DNA of 64,000 nt from Chitinophaga pinensis (GTDB taxonomy: Bacteria; Bacteroidota; Bacteroidia; UBA7662), in contig CAMCHJ010000008.1 of the NCBI GenBank assembly GCA_945874665.1, positions 3,880 through 67,879 on the forward strand, given 5' to 3'. The notes under the pieces are model-generated. The model was not told where the DNA came from and ran no database searches. It saw only the letters and a program-made list of their open reading frames with translations. Positions 1 through 10,211 of this stretch are shown piece by piece. Within the stretch, counting starts at the first letter, position 1; each line of letters starts with the position of its first letter. Position numbers and translations under genes: made by a program.

Positions 1-7
1 ATAAACT

Positions 8-45
8 AAAAAAGGCGAATTGTATAATACAATCGCCTTGTTTTT
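8..45 (-). terminator. Rho-independent terminator after rpsO
   Basis: AAAAAAGGCGA...TCGCCTT inverted repeat with an A-tract (U-tract on minus strand) just past the rpsO stop. Confidence 0.6.
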
Positions 46-61
46 TATTAAGACCTCGTAA

Positions 62-331
62 TCACTTACGGAGGTTCAATTTTTCGATAATTGCGCGGTA
101 ACGCATGATGTCGTTGGTTTGCAAATATGTGAGCAAATCACGACGCTTGCCTACCATTTTGATGAGGGCTTGCTGTGTAGAATAATCCTTGCGGTTTTTC
201 TTCAGGTGAGCCGTCAAATGGCTAATGCGCTCAGTGAACTGAGCGATTTGGCTTTCTGGTGATCCAGTGTCTTGCGCACCAGCGCCAAACTTCTTGTAAA
301 TCTCTTGCTTTTGAGCGGTATCAAGATGCAT
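62..331 (-). CDS. rpsO: 30S ribosomal protein S15
   Basis: 89 aa with DTGSPESQIA, HLKKNRKDYS and KMVGKRRDLL matching S15 signatures. Confidence 0.97.
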   Translation of the reverse strand: MHLDTAQKQEIYKKFGAGAQDTGSPESQIAQFTERISHLTAHLKKNRKDYSTQQALIKMVGKRRDLLTYLQTNDIMRYRAIIEKLNLRK

Positions 332-399
332 CTGTATATAATTTTTTCCTTGTTCTTAAACGAGTTTGCAAATGTAGCACATTTATTTTTATTGACAAA

Positions 400-1245
400 C
401 TAGTTTTTAAGAAGTCTTAGAATCTGTGCTAATTTGGATTTTAACTCCTTGCGATCGACAATTAAGTCTACAAAACCGCTCTCCAACACAAATTCGGCCG
501 ACTGAAAACCTTTTGGCAAATCCTTCTTGATGGTTTCTTTGATTACCCGCGGACCTGCAAAGCCAATCAAAGCATTGGGTTCTGCCAAATTGAAGTCGCC
601 GAGCATCGCAAAAGAAGCTGTTACACCCCCCGTTGTTGGATCGGTGAGCAAGCTGATGTAAGGAATTTGCTCCTCTCCCGCCTGCGCCAGCTTGGCCGAG
701 GTTTTGGCCATTTGCATCAACGAAAAAGCGGCTTCCATCATCCGAGCGCCACCCGATTTGCTGATCACCATCACTGGGCATTTCAGCTCCCGCGCTTTGT
801 CGATGGCCCTGGCAATTTTTTCACCCATCACCGAGCCCATAGAGCCACCGATAAAGTCAAAATCCATACAAGTAACCACCAACATTTCTCCTTCTACCAA
901 ACCTTTGGCGGTGCGGATGGCATCTTTGAGGCCGGTTTTGGCCTGGGTTGCCTTCAAACGGTCCAGATATGGCTTCGTATCGGTAAAGTTGAGCGGGTCG
1001 CCCGAAGTGAGATTAGCATCTAACTCCTCGCACTGTCCTTCGTCGAAAATAATTTCGAAGTACTCGGCTGAGCCAATCCGGCAGTGGTAGTCACACTGGG
1101 TACATACAAACTTATTGGCTTTGAGGTCTTTCGACAACAAAGAGGCTTTGCACGACGGACATTTGAACCAAAGTCCGTCGGGTACATCCAATTTTTCTTC
1201 TGTGCTGGTAGTTACACCCGCGGTAGAACGCTTAAACCAAGCCAT
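400..1245 (-). CDS. accD: Acetyl-CoA carboxylase carboxyltransferase beta subunit
   Basis: N-terminal C4 zinc finger (KCPSC...CTQC), [42 protein letters not shown]. Confidence 0.96.
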   Translation of the reverse strand: MAWFKRSTAGVTTSTEEKLDVPDGLWFKCPSCKASLLSKDLKANKFVCTQCDYHCRIGSAEYFEIIFDEGQCEELDANLTSGDPLNFTDTKPYLDRLKATQAKTGLKDAIRTAKGLVEGEMLVVTCMDFDFIGGSMGSVMGEKIARAIDKARELKCPVMVISKSGGARMMEAAFSLMQMAKTSAKLAQAGEEQIPYISLLTDPTTGGVTASFAMLGDFNLAEPNALIGFAGPRVIKETIKKDLPKGFQSAEFVLESGFVDLIVDRKELKSKLAQILRLLKN

Positions 1246-1259
1246 TCGATTATTTTAAG

Positions 1260-2318
1260 TTACGCTAAGTCGATAGAATTGTCGAGGTACACATCCTGAA
1301 TGGTATTCAGCAAGGCCACCCCTTCTGCCATAGGGCGCTGGAAGGCTTTGCGGCCCAAAATGAGGCCTGCACCACCGGCACGCTTGTTAATTACAGCTGT
1401 TGAAACGGCTTCAGCCAAATCGCTGGCGCCTTTAGACTCACCACCTGAGTTGATCAAAGGCGCGCGGCCCATGTAATTATTGGCCACTTGGTAGCGTGCC
1501 AAATCGATCGGGTGATCGCTGCTGAGCTCGCTGTACACCTTGGGGTGGGTTTTGCCATGCTTGGTAGCTAAATAACCGCCGTTGTTGGTCGGTAATTTTT
1601 GCTTGATGATATCGGCTTGAATGGTTACGCCCAAGTGGTTGGCTTGTCCTGTTAAATCGGCAGCGGTATGATAATCCACGCCATCTACCTTAAAGCCATT
1701 GTTGCGGGTATAGCACCACAAGATGGTGGTCATGCCCAGCTCATGCGCCATTTCAAAGGCCTTGGCTACTTCTACAATTTGGCGAGCCGACTCTGGCGAA
1801 CCGAAATAAATGGTCGCGCCTACTGCTGTTGCCCCCATGTTCCACGCATCGCGGATGGTGCCAAACATAATTTGGTCGTACTTATTAGGGTAGCTCAAAA
1901 ATTCATTGTGATTGATTTTTACAATGAAAGGAATTTTGTGTGCGTATTTGCGAGCTACTGAAGCGAGCACGCCATAGGTAGAGGCTACACCATTGCAACC
2001 CGACTCAATGGCTAGCTTTACAATGTTCTCGCTATCAAAATAAATAGGATTTGGTGCAAACGAGGCACCGGCGGCATGCTCAATGCCTTGGTCTACTGGC
2101 AAAATAGACAAAAAACCAGTTCCTCCTAAGCGGCCGTGGTCGTATAAAGCCTGCATGCTGCGCAGGGTGGGGATGTTTCGGTTGGAGTTGGCCCAGATGC
2201 GATCTACAAAGTCGGCACCCGGTGCGTGGATCATGTCTTTGCTGATGGTTTTCGATTGGTGACCGAGTAAATAATCGGCTTGTGCACCTAAAGCATCCAC
2301 AATCTTTTGATTTGCCAT
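1260..2318 (-). CDS. fbaB: Class I fructose-bisphosphate aldolase (DhnA/FbaB type)
   Basis: [29 protein letters not shown] (Schiff-base Lys), [10 protein letters not shown]. Confidence 0.93.
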   Translation of the reverse strand: MANQKIVDALGAQADYLLGHQSKTISKDMIHAPGADFVDRIWANSNRNIPTLRSMQALYDHGRLGGTGFLSILPVDQGIEHAAGASFAPNPIYFDSENIVKLAIESGCNGVASTYGVLASVARKYAHKIPFIVKINHNEFLSYPNKYDQIMFGTIRDAWNMGATAVGATIYFGSPESARQIVEVAKAFEMAHELGMTTILWCYTRNNGFKVDGVDYHTAADLTGQANHLGVTIQADIIKQKLPTNNGGYLATKHGKTHPKVYSELSSDHPIDLARYQVANNYMGRAPLINSGGESKGASDLAEAVSTAVINKRAGGAGLILGRKAFQRPMAEGVALLNTIQDVYLDNSIDLA

Positions 2319-2374
2319 AATGAGCTGTTATTATTGGGTTAGTTTCGAAAGAGACAAAACTAAGCAAAAATCCA

Positions 2375-2830
2375 ATGTCAGACCGAATTCCAGCAGCAGC
2401 AAACATTCAAATTAAAGAAATTAGTGACTCCGTGCTTTTAAAAGCCGTTTTTGAAATTCGACAAAAGGTTTTTGTGGAGGAACAGGCGGTTGATCCGGAG
2501 GAGGAGTATGACGAGTACGAGGACAGCTCGCGTCATTTTTTGCTCTTGGCCAACGAAAAGCCTTGTGCTACGGGCAGGTTTCGGCGAACCGAAAATGGCT
2601 GGAAGATAGAGCGCATGGCCGTTATGGCGGAAGTGCGGGGCTTAGGCTACGGTGGTATGGTGCTTCAAAAAATGCTTGGGGAGGTCCCTAAAGATGGCCG
2701 TCCCATTTATTTACATGCCCAAGAGCACGCCTTGTCGTTTTACCAGCGCCACCGTTTTTTAGCGCTAGGAGATCGTTTTTGGGAGGCCAATATCCCCCAT
2801 TATAAATGTGTGTGGCAGGCGGAGGCTTAA
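2375..2830 (+). CDS. GNAT family N-acetyltransferase (YjcF/ElaA-like)
   Basis: IRQKVFVEEQ, KIERMAV, RGLGYG acetyl-CoA motif, LHAQ...FY...F.EANIPH. Confidence 0.85.
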   Translation: MSDRIPAAANIQIKEISDSVLLKAVFEIRQKVFVEEQAVDPEEEYDEYEDSSRHFLLLANEKPCATGRFRRTENGWKIERMAVMAEVRGLGYGGMVLQKMLGEVPKDGRPIYLHAQEHALSFYQRHRFLALGDRFWEANIPHYKCVWQAEA

Positions 2831-3225
2831 AACTGGGCAGCCATCATCACCAACAAAGCGCTGCTTGAGGCAATGAGGGTGAGGCGCATGCGCCAGCGGT
2901 GTGTGCAGGGCAAGCCAAAACGCTGCAACCAAGGATCCATGATGGTGGTGCGATCGTTGGTAAGCAGTCGCTCAACAACGGTCACGATGCACCCACCCAA
3001 AATCAATTGACTTAGCCAGGCAAATAAAAAGATGGCGATGATGGGCCAGCGGCTAGCTGGAAATGTGAAATACAAGGCTATCAACGTCCAAAAGCCTCCC
3101 TCGTGTGCTATTTTAACACAGGCACCTTTAAAAGTAGCGCTGCCGGGCAAACGTTCGGTGAGTTGCCACAGCCAAACGGCGGTGCGCCGCCGCATGCGGA
3201 ACCTGTTGTTGCGTACTGGTTGCAT
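2827..3225 (-). CDS. Small membrane protein (DUF2784-like)
   Basis: Three hydrophobic segments and a GCIVTVVERLL motif resembling the C-x-L-T-x-x-E of DUF2784. Confidence 0.5.
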   Translation of the reverse strand: MQPVRNNRFRMRRRTAVWLWQLTERLPGSATFKGACVKIAHEGGFWTLIALYFTFPASRWPIIAIFLFAWLSQLILGGCIVTVVERLLTNDRTTIMDPWLQRFGLPCTHRWRMRLTLIASSSALLVMMAAQF

Positions 3226-3296
3226 GGATGGTCAAAAGAAAAGAAATCTGCGCACTTACACAAACTTACTATCCTAAACAGCCCCAGATGGCACGC

Positions 3297-3322
3297 TTGT
3301 ATATACAATTGTATATATACAA
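3297..3322. promoter_or_regulatory. Tandem palindromes TTGTATATACAA / TTGTATATATACAA, candidate operator
   Basis: Two adjacent perfect palindromes between divergent genes; they resemble GntR/HutC-type TGTA-N2-TACA boxes. Confidence 0.35.
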
Positions 3323-3370
3323 AAACCCATACAAGCCCATTAGTTGTGCCCTAGCTGCTTAAATTGGGTG

Positions 3371-5533
3371 ATGCAAAATGCGGTAGATTTTGATTGGCGC
3401 CAAGTACCCTTTTTTAGACTTTTACTGGCTTTGCTGTTGGGTTACCAGCTTTCGGCGTGGTGGTGGTGGCCTGGTTACATCACCATTACACTTATTACAG
3501 TATTGGTGGTGGCGCAGTGGCTATTCGGAAAATCGGCTTGGCGCGCCAGTTACCGCTGGAGGTGGTTACAGGGCAGCCTGTTATTTTTGGCTGTGGTACT
3601 GGCAGGAGCTACCCACAAGGCGGAGCATTTGCGCACACACCAGGCAGTTGCCTTGGCAGACTTACAAGCCTTTGCCGCGCTCAAAGTTACAGTAACCCAT
3701 TATCCCGAATCAAAAGGCGCTTTTTTGCGGGTTCAGGGCCAAGTTAGCAGCGCGTTAGACAGCAGTCGTTATTGGCCTCTCGAACACCAAGGCTGTCTAT
3801 TGAAATTTGACAGCAACGATGTAGCTGCGAAACAGCTTACCCCTGGCCATACCCTGGTTGTAGCGAGTAGCGGTTTGCGCGGCTTGTACGAAAGTCGCAA
3901 CCCACATGCCTTCTCTTACAAAAAACTCATGGCCAGCAGGGGCATTCACTTCCAACTTAAACTACCCTCTGGAAGTTGGCGGGTATATGAAACGAGCGCT
4001 TTGAAAGGACCTATGGGCTTTGCCAGTCGCCTCAAAAAACTATCCACGGCCAAACTTTTTAGCTTTTTAAAAGGGGAGCAGCAGGCACCCTTTGCTGCGG
4101 CTTTGCTGCTTGGTGACCGCAGTGCGCTCGACCAAGATTTGGTGAAGGCCTATGCCAGTAGCGGTGCCATCCACGTGTTGGCAGTTTCAGGCTTGCATGT
4201 AGGTATTTTTTACATGCTGGTGCGCTGGCTGAGCATGCATTTATTCAGACTCAAACGCTGGGGATCTTTGGCAGTGGTGTTGTTGGCCCTTTGGCTGTAC
4301 GCCCTTGTGACCGGCCTGCCACCCTCGGTGAGTCGCGCTTGCACCATGTTTAGTTTGATTGCCATTGCCAAAGAGCTCAAACGCGATGCACTCATTTACA
4401 ACAGCATGTCGGCAGCCGCCTTTGTAATACTTTGGCTGAAACCTGCTTTTTTAACCGAAACCGGCTTTCAGTTATCGTTTGCGGCGGTAATTGGCATTGT
4501 GTATTTGCAGCCCAAATTGTATAAGCTGGTATATTTAAAACACAAATGGGCCGACTGGCTGTGGCAGCTCACCAGTGTTTCGTTGGCCGCGCAGCTGTTT
4601 ACCTTTCCCTTAAGCGTGTACTACTTCAACCAATTTCCCAACTACTTTTTACTATCCAATTTTGTGGTCATTCCCATTGCCGCTCCCCTGCTTTTGGGGT
4701 GTTTGCTGCTATTGGCACTTTCGCCCCTGCCCTATTTAGCTGAAAAATTTGGTTGGTTATTGGGGAAGGCCTTTGATTTAGTAAATGCCATCATATTACA
4801 AATCGAACAATTGCCGGGGGCGTTAACCGAGGGCATTGCCTGGTCGCCCACCACCTTTTGGCTCAGCTATGCCTTCATTTTAAGTGGTTGTTGGTGGCTG
4901 TGGGGCAAAGAAAATCGTTTTCGGCTCGTCACCATTTGGCTGGGTGCGGCGCTGTTGGTACAGCCCTTGCTTCAAAAAATGGAGCAGCAAAAGCAGGTTA
5001 CATTTACCCTCTACGACGGCTTTGGCGGCAGCAGTGGTAGTTTTATCAGTGGCAACAAAGCTTGGTTGTGGGGCACCCAACCCGAAATACCCTTCTCCCC
5101 CGCCAAAAGTGAACTCCTACATGCGGGGGTTTCGCGGTACGACAGCCTGATAAGGCCGCCTTTGCAATTACTCGCTTGGCAAGGTCAACGCATCTTGTGG
5201 GTGAATGGAAAAACGCCGCCACAAACCTGGCCTGCAGCCGATGTATTGCTGCTCAGCAACCAACCTCCGCCTTACTTGGTAGAACGCCAGCTGACAAAAT
5301 ACCGAACAATCCTTCTCGATTCGTCGAATTCGCCTTATTATTGTGAAAAGCTAAAAGCAAAAGTGCTGGCTGCTGGATTGCGCTTTTTCAGCGTGGCGGA
5401 GCAGGGAGCATTGGTATTTACGCCATGGACTATCAATACATCGACTTACAACTCGAGCAACGCATCGGACACATCGTACTCAATCGACCCGAAAAACGCA
5501 ATGCCTTCAATGAAGCGCTTGTTACCGAGCTGA
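3371..5533 (+). CDS. comEC: ComEC/Rec2 family DNA uptake channel
   Basis: ALLLGDRS, SGAIHVLAVSGLHVG, PSVSRA, GFQLSF competence-domain motifs; start placed at ATG 3371. Confidence 0.88.
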   Translation: MQNAVDFDWRQVPFFRLLLALLLGYQLSAWWWWPGYITITLITVLVVAQWLFGKSAWRASYRWRWLQGSLLFLAVVLAGATHKAEHLRTHQAVALADLQAFAALKVTVTHYPESKGAFLRVQGQVSSALDSSRYWPLEHQGCLLKFDSNDVAAKQLTPGHTLVVASSGLRGLYESRNPHAFSYKKLMASRGIHFQLKLPSGSWRVYETSALKGPMGFASRLKKLSTAKLFSFLKGEQQAPFAAALLLGDRSALDQDLVKAYASSGAIHVLAVSGLHVGIFYMLVRWLSMHLFRLKRWGSLAVVLLALWLYALVTGLPPSVSRACTMFSLIAIAKELKRDALIYNSMSAAAFVILWLKPAFLTETGFQLSFAAVIGIVYLQPKLYKLVYLKHKWADWLWQLTSVSLAAQLFTFPLSVYYFNQFPNYFLLSNFVVIPIAAPLLLGCLLLLALSPLPYLAEKFGWLLGKAFDLVNAIILQIEQLPGALTEGIAWSPTTFWLSYAFILSGCWWLWGKENRFRLVTIWLGAALLVQPLLQKMEQQKQVTFTLYDGFGGSSGSFISGNKAWLWGTQPEIPFSPAKSELLHAGVSRYDSLIRPPLQLLAWQGQRILWVNGKTPPQTWPAADVLLLSNQPPPYLVERQLTKYRTILLDSSNSPYYCEKLKAKVLAAGLRFFSVAEQGALVFTPWTINTSTYNSSNASDTSYSIDPKNAMPSMKRLLPS

Positions 5534-6204
5534 AACACGCTTTCGAGCAGCTGTACCAAGACGAGGCCTGCAAAATTATTGTGCTGCGCGCCAAAGGTGA
5601 GGTTTTTAGCGCGGGTGCCGATTTAGGCTACCTGCAGCAGTTACAAAACAATACGTATGAAGAAAACCAGGCCGATTCGCGGCACCTGATGGCTTTATAC
5701 GAAATGATTTACGCTGGTCCCAAAGTAGTGATCAGTCAAGTTGAAGGCCATGCCATTGCCGGCGGCTGTGGATTGGCCACCGTGAGCGACTTTAGTTTTG
5801 CGGTTCCGGGCGCCAACTTTGGTTATACCGAAGTGCGCATTGGCTTTATTCCAGCCATCGTTTCAGTGTTTTTAGCCCGCAAAATTGGCGAAGGAAAAGC
5901 CCGCGAACTGTTGCTTACCGGCGACCTCATCAGTGCCGAGGAAGCACTTCGGTACGGTTTGATTAGTTTTGTGGTAAATGCCGATGAGATTGCCGAGCGC
6001 GTGCAACAATTCGCCTTGGGTTTGGCCAAAAACTGTTCGGGTAACTCTTTGGCCATGACCAAAAGATTGCTTGCCGAAGTACAAGACCTGCCCTATCAAG
6101 CCGCTTTGGCATTGGCTGCCGACCGCAATGCTCAAGCACGTGCCACCGACGATTGTCAGCACGGCATTAAATCGTTTCTCAACAAAGAAAAAATAAAGTG
6201 GTAA
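5425..6204 (+). CDS. Enoyl-CoA hydratase/isomerase family (methylglutaconyl-CoA hydratase-like)
   Basis: LNRPEKRNAF, FSAGADL, GHAIAGGCGLA, YTEVRIGFIPA. Confidence 0.9.
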   Translation: MDYQYIDLQLEQRIGHIVLNRPEKRNAFNEALVTELKHAFEQLYQDEACKIIVLRAKGEVFSAGADLGYLQQLQNNTYEENQADSRHLMALYEMIYAGPKVVISQVEGHAIAGGCGLATVSDFSFAVPGANFGYTEVRIGFIPAIVSVFLARKIGEGKARELLLTGDLISAEEALRYGLISFVVNADEIAERVQQFALGLAKNCSGNSLAMTKRLLAEVQDLPYQAALALAADRNAQARATDDCQHGIKSFLNKEKIKW

Positions 6205-6435
6205 AATACCTGCTGCTTTACTCGCCTTTGTAACTGCACTGGTGACCGGCAGCGAACTCCCCCAAAAAAGAGCGTTCATGCTTACAGCCCCTGCCCCAAG
6301 CGCGGTGCTGAACAGTGACGTGCTTTAGTCAGTTAAAAGTTACTTCGCATAACACAAAGCTGTAAGTTTTGAACTACAGAGTGTGCGTGGGATATGGAAA
6401 ATCAGCTATCCGACGATGCATTTCGAAAAAGGCGT

Positions 6436-7077
6436 TTAGCCTGCGCCAAAAACCGACTTTAACATGGGAATGGCACCATTGGCGATGAACTGAATACCAA
6501 TTGCCAATACAATAAAGCCCATCATACGCGACATGGCACTGATGCCTGATTCACCTAAAAAACTTACCAATCGAGGTGAAACGCGCAAAATCAAATACGT
6601 TACCAACGCCATCACGAGCACTGCGGCAATCACCAGCAGGTAATCCCAAATAACAGTGAGCTCGAGCGCCAAGCTGATGAGCAGCGAAATGGAACCTGGG
6701 CCTGAAAGCATCGGCATGGCCAGCGGCGAAAAACTGATGTCGTTTTTAAGGAGGGCTTCTTCCTTCACCTTTTTGTTGATGGCGCGGCCTTTCGAATATT
6801 CAGATTTAGAACGCAACAAATCGATGCCCGATTTACTAATGATGATGCCGCCTGCAATGCGGAGACCTTCGATGCTGATGCCAAAAAAATCGAGGATATA
6901 AGTGCCGATTAGGAAAAAAACAATCAGGATACAAGCCAGGTAGATGGCGGCTTTGCGGACTTGGACTTCGCGCCAGGCAGGACTATCGTTGGCGGTGAGT
7001 GCCAACAGCACGGGCATGGCGCCTAGCGGATTGACAACCGAAAACAAAGCGCTAAAAGTGGCGATAAAAAGTCCCAT
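6436..7077 (-). CDS. marC: MarC family membrane protein
   Basis: VVNPLGAMP, LRIAGGII, PLAMPMLSGPGSI, SRMMGFIVLAIGIQ; start placed at ATG 7077 below a TAnnTTTG element. Confidence 0.88.
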   Translation of the reverse strand: MGLFIATFSALFSVVNPLGAMPVLLALTANDSPAWREVQVRKAAIYLACILIVFFLIGTYILDFFGISIEGLRIAGGIIISKSGIDLLRSKSEYSKGRAINKKVKEEALLKNDISFSPLAMPMLSGPGSISLLISLALELTVIWDYLLVIAAVLVMALVTYLILRVSPRLVSFLGESGISAMSRMMGFIVLAIGIQFIANGAIPMLKSVFGAG

Positions 7078-7274
7078 AACAGTCGCAAAGGTACAATTTT
7101 TAAACAAGCTGCTGCTTGTAAATTAGATCTAGTACGCAAATAAGCTCGCAGTGTTAAAGCGGAGGCTCACCCAAAAAAACATCGTTTCGAACAGGAAAAG
7201 CAAGGATAAACGCCGGTTACAGGAGAAAATGCGTTGTCAGCTTGTTTTAGGAAGTGCTCCAGGCGGATGCTGCC

Positions 7275-7946
7275 TTAAAGGCGCAGGAGTAAATTGGGGT
7301 CAGGACAAAGCGCCAGCCATTTAGCAGCTTCTGAGGGTGCGCAAACGCCTGGGAAATCGCCGCTGCGGCCTTCTAAATCACGTATGATTTGAAAATGCAA
7401 GTGCGGTGGCCAGTGTACATTTTCGTGCCAGGCACCGAGGCTACCGAGAGGCTGACCGGCGGCAAACGACATGCCCACCTCCAGACTTTGGAGCGAAGAC
7501 AGGCTGAGATGGCCATAAAGCGTATAAAATGTTTGTGCCGATATACAATGCTCTAAAATAATCGTGGGGCCGTAATCGCCCGAAGCGCTGTTGTTCGCAA
7601 AACTGTGGAGGGTGCCCTCGATTGGCGCATACAAGGGAGTACCAGCTGGCGCCCATAAATCGATGCCGAGGTGCAGTGATCGGGCTTCAGCGCCTGAGAA
7701 TACTTCACTTTTACGATAAATAACGCGGTCTTCGGCATAGGCGCCAACACCCAACAGGGCACCTGCTTGCGCCATACTTTCGCTGATATACCCGCAAAAA
7801 GCCGATTCCGATCGTAACAAATCAGGGGTTAGCGCCTCATTGGCCGCCGTTAAATCGAACAGCAGCTGTGCCTTGCCCTGAAAGGTCACTGGCAGCACAA
7901 ACTGAACAGGTAATTGGGCTAAAAAAGCTTCGAAAGTAGCGTGCAT
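7275..7946 (-). CDS. M23 family metallopeptidase
   Basis: HLGID, YTLYGHL and PPHLHFQ zinc motifs; no signal peptide visible. Confidence 0.85.
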   Translation of the reverse strand: MHATFEAFLAQLPVQFVLPVTFQGKAQLLFDLTAANEALTPDLLRSESAFCGYISESMAQAGALLGVGAYAEDRVIYRKSEVFSGAEARSLHLGIDLWAPAGTPLYAPIEGTLHSFANNSASGDYGPTIILEHCISAQTFYTLYGHLSLSSLQSLEVGMSFAAGQPLGSLGAWHENVHWPPHLHFQIIRDLEGRSGDFPGVCAPSEAAKWLALCPDPNLLLRL

Positions 7947-8013
7947 AACTAGGAAACAGTCTCAAACATACTGCCTCTGCACCAAAATGACAAGTTAGTG
8001 GAGCCTTAGGCCT

Positions 8014-8214
8014 TTAGTGCGTACCAGAAGCGGCACATTCTCCTTTATAACGACTCGGACAAGTACCGCAGTCGACCCCTTTTGCGGCTAACAGCGGGTT
8101 GTGGCTTGAGCAGGTGCCCCTAAATTCCCCCTTCTTTAAAAACAACATGCGAATGCCTAAACCAGCAAATCCGAGTGCTAAAAAAACGAAAGTAAGGAGG
8201 AGTACGGGTAACAT
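8014..8214 (-). CDS. Small single-TM Cys-rich protein, NqrM (DUF539)-like
   Basis: 66 aa, N-terminal TM helix, GTC...CGTC...C tail, directly downstream of apbE. Confidence 0.6.
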   Translation of the reverse strand: MLPVLLLTFVFLALGFAGLGIRMLFLKKGEFRGTCSSHNPLLAAKGVDCGTCPSRYKGECAASGTH

Positions 8215-8283
8215 AATTGGAATTTGAGTACAAAGATACAACGCTGAGCGGAATTGAAGGTTCTCACGGGGCAAGAATTTGGC

Positions 8284-9285
8284 TTAAGGCTGCTTCACCA
8301 ATTTAGTGAGACCTGGCGAAATGTATTCCTGCACAGCCCCTGTAGAATCGCTGTACAAAAACACCGCTTCGAGCTCGTCTGTGGCTTCCACCAAGGTACG
8401 AGCGGCTTCAAACCCCATCACCATAAAGGCGGTGGCGTAACCGTCGGCGGTCATGCAGTCGTTGGCAATAACCGAAGCGCTCAACAAATTGCTTTCGCTT
8501 GGGTAGCCGGTTTTGGGATGGATGGTATGGGCGTATTTGCGACCCTCTTTTTCGTAAAAATTGCGGTAATTACCCGAGGTGGCCATGCTTTTGTCGGCGA
8601 GTGGCAAAGTCATTTGCACTTCGCGTTGCTGGCCCGTTTGGTCGTCGATCGGCTTTTCGATGCCCGCGATCCACTTAAAACCAGGTGCCTTTTCACCTGC
8701 TGCCCGCAGTTCCCCGCCAATTTCTACAATGTAATTTTTAACCCCTTGGCTTTCGAGGTAGCGCGCCACAGCATCCACGCCATACCCTTTGGCAATGGCA
8801 CTGAAGTCGAGGATAATACCTGGTTGCGCCTTATAAAGGGTATCGTTTAGTAACTGCACCTGCTCAAATCCCACCAAGGTCAGCAACGAATCGATGCGAG
8901 CACTGTCTATTTCGCCTTGCATTTTTTGGAAACCGAAGCCCCAAGCGTTTACCAATGGTCCAACCGTTGGGTCGAAAGCACCCTCGCTTTGCTTCCAAAT
9001 TTCCATAGACTTGTGAAAATTCACTTGCAGCATGGCATCGGCCCAAGCACTTTTTTCGGCTTGGTTGATGAGGGAGATGTTGGAAGAAGGAATATACGTT
9101 GAAAGCGATGCGTTTACAACCAACAAAACGCTATCAACCCCTGCTTGCAACAATGCCTGCACCTCACCTGCATACACCACATTGTAAGTAGTACCCATGG
9201 TGGCACCCGAAAATTTATGTATTTGATCTTTTGAGGTGCTGCAGGCCATCAAAAGCACTGCTAGCAGGATTGCTAGTTGTTTCAT
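8284..9285 (-). CDS. apbE: FAD:protein FMN transferase lipoprotein
   Basis: Lipobox LMAC, TMGTTY, AFDPTVGPLV..WGF, DFSAIAKGYGVD, EIGGE, ATSGNY, ADGYATA. Confidence 0.93.
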   Translation of the reverse strand: MKQLAILLAVLLMACSTSKDQIHKFSGATMGTTYNVVYAGEVQALLQAGVDSVLLVVNASLSTYIPSSNISLINQAEKSAWADAMLQVNFHKSMEIWKQSEGAFDPTVGPLVNAWGFGFQKMQGEIDSARIDSLLTLVGFEQVQLLNDTLYKAQPGIILDFSAIAKGYGVDAVARYLESQGVKNYIVEIGGELRAAGEKAPGFKWIAGIEKPIDDQTGQQREVQMTLPLADKSMATSGNYRNFYEKEGRKYAHTIHPKTGYPSESNLLSASVIANDCMTADGYATAFMVMGFEAARTLVEATDELEAVFLYSDSTGAVQEYISPGLTKLVKQP

Positions 9286-9514
9286 GCCGCAAAAATAATT
9301 CAAATTTTAGTTCTTGAAGTGTATTTTAATTGGCTTGTGAACTTTCTAAAATAGACTGTGGGCGCCTGCTGCAGAAGGATGACCAGCTGCCGCATCCAAA
9401 ACCAGTCTACCAGCAAGAAGTAATCGCGCTGCTTCAATTAACGCTGCGCCAGAATGCCTTAACACAAAGGCAATGAAGGACATAAAAGCGCCAAACCGGA
9501 CTGCTGTTGGGACT

Positions 9515-10072
9515 TCAGTTTAGGCGAGGATCGTCAGGGTAATTGGCCATGAGTTTAAACTGCTGGCCCATTTTGCTCAGCACCTCTTTCCAGAGATCGG
9601 AGTCGGGTTCTTGCATCACCATGGCGCTGTCGGCTGGCGATAAAATCCAGGCCTTTTCGTCCATTTCTGCTTCGAGCTGCGCGACCGACCAGCCAGAATA
9701 GCCGATAAAAAACCGGATGTCGTTGAGATGCATGACACCGCTGGCCACCAATTCTTTGATGATTTCGAAATCGCCGCCCCAATTTAAGCCTGGCAAAACT
9801 GGTTTGCTACCAGGAATGTTGTGATGCGCAAGGTGTACGTAGTGGAGGGTGTTTTGCTCAACGGGACCGCCCATGTAAAGTGGCGCTGGAAATTCGGGGA
9901 AGTCTTCGAGCACATCGTTAAGCACCAAATTGGTTTTGCGATTGAGCACAAAACCGATGCTCCCATCCTCGTCGTGCTCAGTGAGCAGCACCACCGTTCG
10001 CTTAAAATTAGGATCAGGCAAAAATGGCTCGGAGACCAAAAAAATGCCTTTTTCGAGTGTCAGTTTTTGCAT
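9515..10072 (-). CDS. YqgE/AlgH family protein
   Basis: DPNFKRTVVLL, GFVLNR, YMGGPV, FIGYSGW..QLEAE; start placed at ATG 10072. Confidence 0.9.
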   Translation of the reverse strand: MQKLTLEKGIFLVSEPFLPDPNFKRTVVLLTEHDEDGSIGFVLNRKTNLVLNDVLEDFPEFPAPLYMGGPVEQNTLHYVHLAHHNIPGSKPVLPGLNWGGDFEIIKELVASGVMHLNDIRFFIGYSGWSVAQLEAEMDEKAWILSPADSAMVMQEPDSDLWKEVLSKMGQQFKLMANYPDDPRLN

Positions 10073-10211
10073 TATCGAATCTAGTTTAAGTTGCGCAACC
10101 ACTTCCCACAAAATCAAAAAAAAGGTTGTGGATAAAAAACGAAACAAGCAGCTCGATGGTTCTTATTCTCTCAAAAACAACGTAATTTTACATTAGTATA
10201 ACAAAATCACC

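Noticed and set aside
332..376. S15 autoregulatory leader upstream of rpsO
   Set aside because: The leader is short and A-rich, and no structure can be supported without a covariance search.
6205..6435. Long intergenic regions (also 9304-9514 and 55600-55820) as ncRNA genes
   Set aside because: No recognisable RNA family motif or convincing fold is visible by eye.
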